This document shows positions 38,142 through 46,089 of a stretch of DNA of 46,089 bases, piece after piece. The translations under genes were made by a program, and so were the position numbers. Location: contig JAUCBJ010006884.1 in the NCBI GenBank assembly GCA_032718475.1, positions 1 through 46,089 of the forward strand, given 5' to 3'. The DNA is from Nemertoderma westbladi. Lineage: Eukaryota > Animalia > Xenacoelomorpha. Numbering within the stretch: position 1 is the stretch's first letter; each line of letters starts with the position of its first letter. The notes below the pieces were generated by a model, which was not told the origin of the DNA, made no database searches, and saw only the letters and a program-made list of their open reading frames with translations.

Positions 38142-39546
38142 ATGTCAATTACTTTAGAATAACTGAATTTCTGAATTTTAAAGTTACTTTCCTTTATTTT
38201 ATTACTGTTATTAAGCAGTAGCTCAACTGATATTAAGACCTAATTGATGTATAACAGGCCTACTATTTTATAAATCGGTTTGAGTTGATTTATAATATAT
38301 TATGTACCCGTACAAGGGTTTTTGTCAATGTTTGAAATAAATGTTATTATTTCTGGTAAGGAGTCACTACACAGAAGCTGAACGCTCTCAGTGAAGTGCT
38401 ACTTGTTAGACACTAAAACAAATAATTCTACTTTACTAAGTTACTTATTACTACAAATTACTTACAATTACTGTGTAGGATTACAATTTCTAAATAAACA
38501 CCAAAAGTTACACGTACAAATTTTAGGGTAATTTTACAGGAAATCTACAAACCAGCCTAACAAGGGGTTAGAATTTGTGGTTATTACAAACGGACAGGAT
38601 ACTACGGTATTTGAAAATAATTAAGCAGTATATAGTAAATAAATTGCATTGTCCAGATAAGAAAATACCACCGTCTGACGACTTATAGTCTTTAGCTCTA
38701 CAGCTCTATAAGTACTATGTTATGTACCCGGAGTGTCCCTACCTAGAAGTTAATTACCGCAGCCAACCAGAGCTAACGTGCCTATTAACCACTTTACAAC
38801 ACAAATATACTGCCTACACACTAATTACTTTCGGAAAGCACTGTACACTAAACCCTAAATTAGGTACAAGTACTTATACAACAAATAACCAGCAGTTAAA
38901 TATACTTGTACAGCTAAAAGAACCACGGTATATGCTGGAGTGACTAGAGCATAAAATCACCAGTCTTTACCTACGCCAAGCAGCCCTAATGTAGTACCAG
39001 GGTTAATTTAACTATAACGGTATGTATAACAAGCACAATTACTGTAGGAATAAACTTAGGGGTATGTAAGTTGCGAATACTCGCATAGACTCTGAATAAT
39101 AAATAAATACGCTACCCATGCAGACTATACAAACAAAAATACAGACCAAACGCTGGCAGACTACTATCAAGCCTAAATAAACTACAGTATATGCAGACTC
39201 CGAAATGGTTAGTTAGTATGCGTTCTAACCGAGTAGTACGACTTATTCTTTCAGGGGGATTTACCTTACAGCACTGGATGCCCCCACCTTCCTAACTAGT
39301 ACTTTATCGGACATACACTCTACACACACTGCAATCTCTTCAGACTTAACAACAGTCAGACAACAATCCGGCCTACAAATTATTTGTACAATTTGAGCGG
39401 GCTTACACGCCTTCTGCTCAATATTACACTTACAAATCAATAAAACTGACAGAGATAAATAAGCTCTAAAAGAAACAAGGGGTGTACAGTCCCTAATCTC
39501 TTAAACAGCCTACCAATATACAATATCACAATCGAAATAATACTGG

Positions 39547-40801
39547 TACAGGTAAGTACCGGTTCGGGTGATTAGGTAGTTTGGCCTACAGGTTACCGTC
39601 CGACCGGTACATTCGAATTTATTGCCTACGTGGAATCAAAACACAAATCTATTACTGTTCGCGCTTTCAGACCTTTAGCAGTTTAACCTGCCAATTTTAG
39701 GTGTCCTCTTGTTTATAAATCGACTTTAGCCTATAACAAACAAGTATTTAGTGCACATGAAGTTACATTAGCTGAAGCCAGTCCATGCGCGATCATTCAC
39801 CCACAGTTAAGGGAGACTGGATTCGGGTGCTTTGAAGTGATTGCGGTGCAGACATACGGTATTATTCGATTGATCGTTACTATATAATCTCTAACAATAT
39901 TATTCACTTTCGGGGAAATATTAACAGGTCCTTTAGGATGTGGCGCTTTAAGTATAAAACAGAGTTATGACTTATACTAAACACAATGAGATGGCTACTG
40001 ATTTTCGTAAATAGCGCATTCTTTAGGAGATGCTTTATTATCTGTCACACTGCTGCATATGACTTCACACTGCTGCACACTGATCTGCCGACCATCACTG
40101 AATTTGACCATATATAAGGAGGATAGCAACTGACACATGTAGGGATTATGAAATAGCATTTAATTCACACTAAAACCACTATATTGTAAGTTGCAACTGC
40201 TACCGGTAACAGGTCCCTCTTACCTTCAGTAATCAAGAAGATTGGGGTTTTATGATTATTTATAGATATTCTCCAAATATAACAACATATCCATCAACAT
40301 ATAACAATTAATAACAGACAGTAAACAGAAGTAAAATAATGCAGTTTGGTATGGTTTGGTGTGATTTGCTTTGGTAATAGATTTACGTTCTTATAATCAA
40401 AGCCGTCTAATGTTTGGCTAAAGTCTGAAACTTCTAAAAAATCACAGAAGAAAATCTAAGCCGATGTTCTGAGGCTCAGAAAGGTAAACAAAAACCATAA
40501 TGCATTGCGCAGTTTTCCGTAGGCCTCTGTACAAGATAAAATGAAAATCGCTCTGATTGGCCGAGCTGAGCGAGCTGAACAAAGAGATGTTCCACGTTTA
40601 CAGTAAATCAGCTGACAGATTTCATCATCTGAGTTCCAGTCTTTTAGAGTATTAGGCGCATTGCGGCAGAAAATGGCTTGTTATGTCCGCTAAAACACCC
40701 ACACGGTACATTGCGGAGAAAATGGCTTGTTATGTCCGCTAAAACACCTACACGGCATATTGCGGAGAAAATGACTGGTTATATCCGCAAAAGCTTTTAC
40801 A
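39547..40801 (-). mobile_element. ~1.25-kb LTR-like repeat, left copy (candidate 5' LTR of the BEL element)
   Basis: Reverse complement of 41707-43076 along its whole length. On the minus strand it starts TGTAAAAGC and has ~40-bp subrepeats, CCAATCAG, and AATAAA near the end. It points toward gag. Confidence 0.65.
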
Positions 40802-41186
40802 CAGTTTCAGATTATGATTGGTGCATTTCCATTTCCTCAACCTAAATACAGTATCTATAATTATCGGAATGCCATACTGTATTATACAGTAATTACATTA
40901 TGATTGCGGGCGCACACTACAGTACTAGTGGGTAGGGTAACAATGTACTATAGTCTAAGCAGTAAAGGGTAACTACTATTCTGTTATTACATTACAGTAT
41001 ATTTTGTATACAATCGCAGTTGGCTAGCTGGCTATTTCGGATTGGGCCCATGTGAGGTATACCAGACAGGAGACTTCCTGCTGTTATATTTCACTTTGCA
41101 GTTTACCCCCATGTGAAGAATACCAGAAAACTTTTTTTTCACTAAAAACCCATGTCAGTAGGTTTACAGAAGGGGCTTAATATAAC

Positions 41187-41378
41187 GGGTAAATCTTTTC
41201 GACCTACGCGTAGCTACGCGTAGCTACGCGTAGCTACGCGTAGTTCGCAACATTGGGTCATATATCACCAGTTTCAGAGTTTTTACATTAACTACGCGTA
41301 GGTGCTACGCGTAGCTACGCGTAGGTCCTACGCGACCTACGCGTAGGTGCTATGTATTACTACGCGTAGGTCCTACCC
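41187..41378. repeat. Small MITE-like element built from the palindrome CTACGCGTAG
   Basis: About 9-10 copies of CTACGCGTAG in two clusters, with GGGTA...TACCC ends. Confidence 0.7.
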
Positions 41379-41706
41379 ATACAGCCATAACTAGCCTATA
41401 CGTCGTTTATCATTAGTAGGCCTGCGTATTCCAAGCGGTTCAGTACTAAAATAAGACCATACGGTAGGTTCAATAAACAACCCACAACCATCAAATGCTT
41501 TCAACAGTAATGCATCCTATACCTGTATACTCTATATAGAGGAATACGCTAAGACTACATATTCTTCACTTCATGCGTTGCGGGTGCTAAAATGTGTTAC
41601 CGGTAATAATGTTTAGAGTTAAAAAATAGTTTACAAAGGAAATAGGCCGATGGTTCTTATCGATTCTCTATGCTTTTTATTGCCTGTGTTCACGATAGGG
41701 CAAGGA

Positions 41707-43076
41707 TGTAAAAGCTTTTGAGGATCTAGCTAGTTATTTTCCCCGCAAAGTACTCTGTAGGTGTTTTAGCGGACATAAAAAGCCGTTTCCTTACTGTACA
41801 GGTGTTTTAGTGGACATAAAAAGCCATTTCTTCTGTATGTGTACTTTAGCGGACATAACTAGCGATTTTATGTCGCAATACGCCAAAATACTCTTGATAC
41901 AGTGCAGTTCAGAAGATGACATCTATCAGCTGATATGTACACGTGTAACTTTTTCTTTGTTCTTTGTTCGGTCGACCAATCAGAGCGATTTTCATTTTAT
42001 TTGTACAGAAACCTCCGGGAAATCGCGCAATGCATTATGGTTTATGTTTACCTTTTTTCCTGATGCCAGAACATCGGCTGTGGAATTATTCTGTGTTTCA
42101 GACTTTAGCCAAACATTAGAACGGCTTTGATCATAGAAACGTATAACTGTTATCAAACAAACCAAATCAAACTATATCGCACCTCATATCACAAACCGAA
42201 CTGGTCAGACTCAAATGCTATACATACCTTTCACCGCATTGTTTTACTGCTATTTACTATCGGTTATTAATTGTATCAGTTGATGGAATATTGTTATATT
42301 TGGAGAATATCGATAAATAACCATAAAACCCCAATCTTCTTGATATACTGAAGGTTAGAGAGACCGGTTACATATAGCAATTGCGACTTACATTATATTG
42401 GTTTTGGAGTGAATCTAATGCTATTTCATAGGCACTACATGTGTCAGTTGCTGTTCTCTTTATATGTGACTAAAATTAGTGAAGGTCGGCAGATCGGTGT
42501 GCAGCATTGTGCGGTAGTGTGCATGAGTGTGATAGATAACAAAGCATCTCCTAAAGAATGTGCTTTATACGTGAATCATTAGTTAGCCATCCCGTTGTGT
42601 TTAGTGTAATTCATAACTCTGTTTACATACTTAGAGCGCCACGTCCTAAAGGAACTGTTGATATTTCCCGAAAGTGAATAATATTTGTCAGAGATTATAT
42701 ATTAACGATCAATCGAATAGTACAGTAGGCCTACACCGCAATAAGGTCAGAGCTTCCGAATCCAGTCTCCCGGGTAAATCCAGTGGGTGAATGGTCGCGC
42801 ATAGGCTGGCTTCGGCTAATGTAGTTTATGTGTATCAAATACTTGTCATAGGCTAAAGTCGATTTATACCCTAGAAGACACCTAAATTTGGCAGGTTAAA
42901 CTGCTAAAGGTCTAAAAGCGCGAACAATAACAGTTATTTCTTCTGATTGCAGTGTAGGCAATAAATACAGTTTAATATTGTTCTGGTAAGAACAATAACA
43001 GTAGTAAAGTACCGGTCGACCGGTAACCAGTAGGCCTGACTGCCTAACCACCCGAACCGGTACTTACAGCAGTACA
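41707..43076 (+). mobile_element. ~1.37-kb LTR-like repeat, right copy (probable solo LTR)
   Basis: TGTAAAAGC...CAGTACA termini, CCAATCAG near 41977 and AATAAA at 42960. AGGAT direct repeats overlap both ends (41703-41707, 43076-43080). Confidence 0.65.
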
Positions 43077-43254
43077 GGATTCTAGAATTTTGAATAAGAG
43101 AAGTGTGACTAAATGTTCAGATTAAGTTTTTAGATTAAATTTTGTTTTTATTACTAGCTAAAAAGCTTTAATTTCTATTAGATGATTCATCTCCAACAAC
43201 TATATTTCGAATCTGCCTATTGTTTGTTCCTGGTGTCTGGTTTTCAACAGGACT

Positions 43255-44172
43255 ATGTCTTCTGCTACCCGTAATACAGAGAAAGGCACTAAGAATGATT
43301 GGACAAATGAAACAGTATGTTGCACGGAATGTAAACTAATATGGACTGATATTCGCTATGTTAAGTCTTCAAACACCATCAACTCATTAAAACGAGGAAA
43401 TTTTCTATGTGGAATGTGCAGCGCCGACCTGATCTCTAAACTTAGCGAAGAAATTGCCCAACTTCGGGGAAAAACAACCAATATTGAAGATCGATTAAAC
43501 AACGATGATGAAACTTCGCAGGTGGACCCAGATAGCAATGAACATGAACCGATGGGTACAGGTACATGGGCTGTTATGGCTTCGCATCGAGGTAAACGGA
43601 CAGGGGTTTCAATTCCAGCATCCACGGCCAATATAGCTCATGAAGTCCGGGAGGAAGTCCGCCGTCAATCAGACCGGAAAGGTAATCTCGTCGTTTCGGG
43701 AATGGAATTTCACTCAGGTGCAGGTGGTTCAAACGAGAATGACACGGCTGCAATTATAGAACTGGCGCTCGATATCGGAGTAAATCTTTCTCCCGATAAT
43801 CTTAAAGTAAGACGTATCGGGGGAGACAAGAGAAAGATTCGAGGAACAAAAAATAGTGATTCAAGTCAACCTACATCCGAGGATACTTCAGCTCCAAAAA
43901 AGATAATCGTGACTCTCAGTGCAGAGAAAAGATGCCAGTTACTTCGTGCATCAAAGGATCTGCGTGATTCATCGCGTTTTGGCTCAGTGTATATCAACCC
44001 AGACTACACTCCGGCCGAAGCGTCAGCTCAATATGAATTACGCGTTCAACTAAGGAAAATGCGCTTAGAGCAGCCAAACAAACGTTGGGTAATCAGGCGC
44101 AACGGAGTGGTTGAGTTAAAAGGAAATACAGACGCGGCTGAGAACCATGATGTTGTGGAACAAGTCGATTGA
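43255..44172 (+). CDS. LINE ORF1 protein (L2/CR1 group), intact 305-aa frame
   Basis: N-terminal CxxC...W...CxxC (PHD-like remnant), a coiled coil, then NLVVSG...RRIG...PKKIIV...VYINPDYT, typical of L2/CR1 ORF1 RRM/CTD. Lies directly upstream of an APE domain. Confidence 0.85.
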   Translation: MSSATRNTEKGTKNDWTNETVCCTECKLIWTDIRYVKSSNTINSLKRGNFLCGMCSADLISKLSEEIAQLRGKTTNIEDRLNNDDETSQVDPDSNEHEPMGTGTWAVMASHRGKRTGVSIPASTANIAHEVREEVRRQSDRKGNLVVSGMEFHSGAGGSNENDTAAIIELALDIGVNLSPDNLKVRRIGGDKRKIRGTKNSDSSQPTSEDTSAPKKIIVTLSAEKRCQLLRASKDLRDSSRFGSVYINPDYTPAEASAQYELRVQLRKMRLEQPNKRWVIRRNGVVELKGNTDAAENHDVVEQVD

Positions 44173-46089
44173 CTACCATCTGCAGCAAACATCGATACAG
44201 TCATAAATGCAAGTAGTCCGCCACTAATAAGTAAACAAACTCACACCCCGATGCATAAACTGCTGAGTGTTTCCACTAGATTGCGAACTGTTAACATGCC
44301 TTCTCCGGTTAACCCGCTGGTCTCTGTGTCTTCTTCGGGTAACCGGCTGGTCTCTGTATCTGCTCCAGTTAACCCGCTGGTCTCTGTGTCTGCTCCAGTT
44401 AACCCGCTGGTCTCTGTGTCTGCTCCAGTTAACCCGCTGGTCTCTGTGTCTGCTCCAGTTAACCCGCTGGTCACTGTGTCTGCTCAAGTTAACCCGCTGG
44501 TCTCTGTGTCCGCTCCAGTTAATCCGCTGGTCTCTGTGTCTGCTCCAGTTAACCTGCTGGTCTCTGTGTCTGCTCAAGTTAACCCGCTGGTCTCTGTGTC
44601 TGCTCCAGTTAACCCGCTGGTCTCTGTGTCTGCTCCAGTTAACCCGCTGGTCTTTGTGTCTGCTCCAGTTAACCCGCTGGTCTCTGGGTCTGCTCCAGTT
44701 AACCCGCTGGTCTTTGTGTCTGCTCCAGTTAATCCGCTGGTCACTGTGTCTGCTCCAGTTAACCCGCTGGTCTTTGTGTCTGCTCCAGTTAACCCGCTGG
44801 TCTCTGTGTCTGCTCCAGTTAACCTGCTGGTCTCTGTGTCTGCTCCAGTTAACCCGCTGGTCACTGTGTCTGCTCCAGTTAACCCGCTGGTCTCTGTGTC
44901 TGCTCCAGTTAACCCGCTGGTCTATGTGTCTGCTCCAGTTAACCCGCTGGTCTCTGTGTCTGCTCCAGTTAACCCGCTGGTCTCTGTGTCTGCTCCAGTT
45001 AAACCGCTGGTCTTTGTGTCTGCTCCAGTTAACCCGCTGGTCTCTGTGTCTGCTCCAGTTAACCCGCTGGTCTCTGTGTCTGCTCCAGTTAAACCGCTGG
45101 TCACTGTGTCTGCTCCAGTTAACCCGCTGGTCTCTGTGTCTGCTCCAGTTAAACCGCTGGTCACTGTGTCTGCTCCAGTTAACCCGCTGGTCTCTGTGTC
45201 TGCTCCAGTTAACCCGCTGGTCTCTGTGTCTGCTCCAGTTAACCCGCTGGTCTCTGTGTCTGCTCCAGTTAACCCGCTGGTCTCTGTGTCTGCTCCTGTG
45301 AATACACTGGTTTCTGCAGCTGCGTCTGAAACAGTCTCAGCTACTGTGCCTCCCAGTGCACCTGTCACGAAGGACTTAATCAATATATGCATATTAAATG
45401 CTCAATCTGTCAACAACAAGGCAGCTTTTATTAAGGACTATATGGTGGACAACAAGATTGATATTATGGCAATAACAGAATCGTGGTTAAAAGGAACTGC
45501 AGATGACAATAAGGTGGTTGGTGAAATATGTCCCAGGGGTTACACACTACGAGACGAGCCAAGAACCCGATCTAGGGGTGGAGGCGTGGCCTGCATATAT
45601 AGATTATGTCTGAAATTGAAACGCTGTCCGTGTGATCTAGTATACGCCAGCTTTGAATAGAATACATTGAGTTCACAATGACACACAGTTACACACTTAC
45701 TCGGATCATCATCATATATCGTACATATCCCTCCCGTGAAAATGGGCTTACAGCTAATTCATTCTTTGAACAATTTGCTGACTTCATGCAACATACAATT
45801 ACAAAACCGGGAGTAATTGCTATTGTTGGGGATTTTATTTTCCATGTTGACGTTTCGTCTGATATGGACGCTATAGAATTTAATAATATCCTTAGTTGTT
45901 TTGGTCTAGTTCAGTTAGTTAACGGGCCGACCCATAGACACGGCCATACGTTGGATTTAGTAGTTACACATAATGATGAGTCTCACATGTACAAGAATGT
46001 GTATGCTCGGGACATTGGCCTGTCCGACCACTACGCAGTTCATTTCAATCTGAATCTTTCGAAGCCTGTGGTGACCACAGAATCTTTCA
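44173..46089 (+). pseudogene. LINE ORF2 (APE endonuclease; L2-like), disrupted and cut by the window end
   Basis: LNAQSVNNK, AITESWL, RGGGVA, then a stop/frameshift at about 45660, then IYR, VGDF, QLVNGPTHRHGHTLDLV and LSDHYAV in another frame. Confidence 0.88.
44304..45318 (+). repeat. 30-bp in-frame minisatellite (VNPLVSVSAP)n, about 33-34 units
   Basis: Unit AACCCGCTGGTCTCTGTGTCTGCTCCAGTT with an exact 30-bp register and no indels. Confidence 0.98.

Noticed and set aside
38300-39546. Primer-binding site or alternative 5' LTR boundary for the BEL element
   Set aside because: No convincing TGG-initiated tRNA-complementary PBS was found, and there is no 3' LTR in the window to define the boundaries.
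44224-45392. Alternative-frame ORFs over the 30-bp repeat (344-aa LLQLTRWSLC, TSGLTGADTE and others)
   Set aside because: These are repeat artefacts. Only the VNPLVSVSAP frame connects to the APE domain.

Overview
Repeat-rich animal genomic DNA, probably from a marine invertebrate (inferred from the transposon repertoire and spliceosomal introns). From left to right it contains: a 14.75-kb array of a 43-bp satellite; a decayed RTE LINE with a second, 5'-truncated RTE nested inside it (12-bp TSD); a foldback/MULE-like element; and one host gene, a 4-exon clarin-family tetraspan protein (23392-29648, 244 aa). These are followed by tRNA-derived SINEs, a Harbinger-like MITE, a decayed BEL/Pao LTR retrotransposon on the minus strand, a head-to-head pair of ~1.3-kb LTR-like repeats, and an L2/CR1-type LINE running off the right edge. 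The most distinctive pattern is repeated local birth of 30-45 bp minisatellites out of functional sequence: the clarin exon-3 splice donor (~78 copies), a SINE body segment (~43 copies, with an unexpanded copy nearby), the clarin stop-codon region, and the LINE ORF2 linker (in frame). There is no CRISPR array or prokaryotic system. Most long ORFs in the supplied track are artefacts of stop-free tandem repeats. All alignments were done by eye and no database searches were run.
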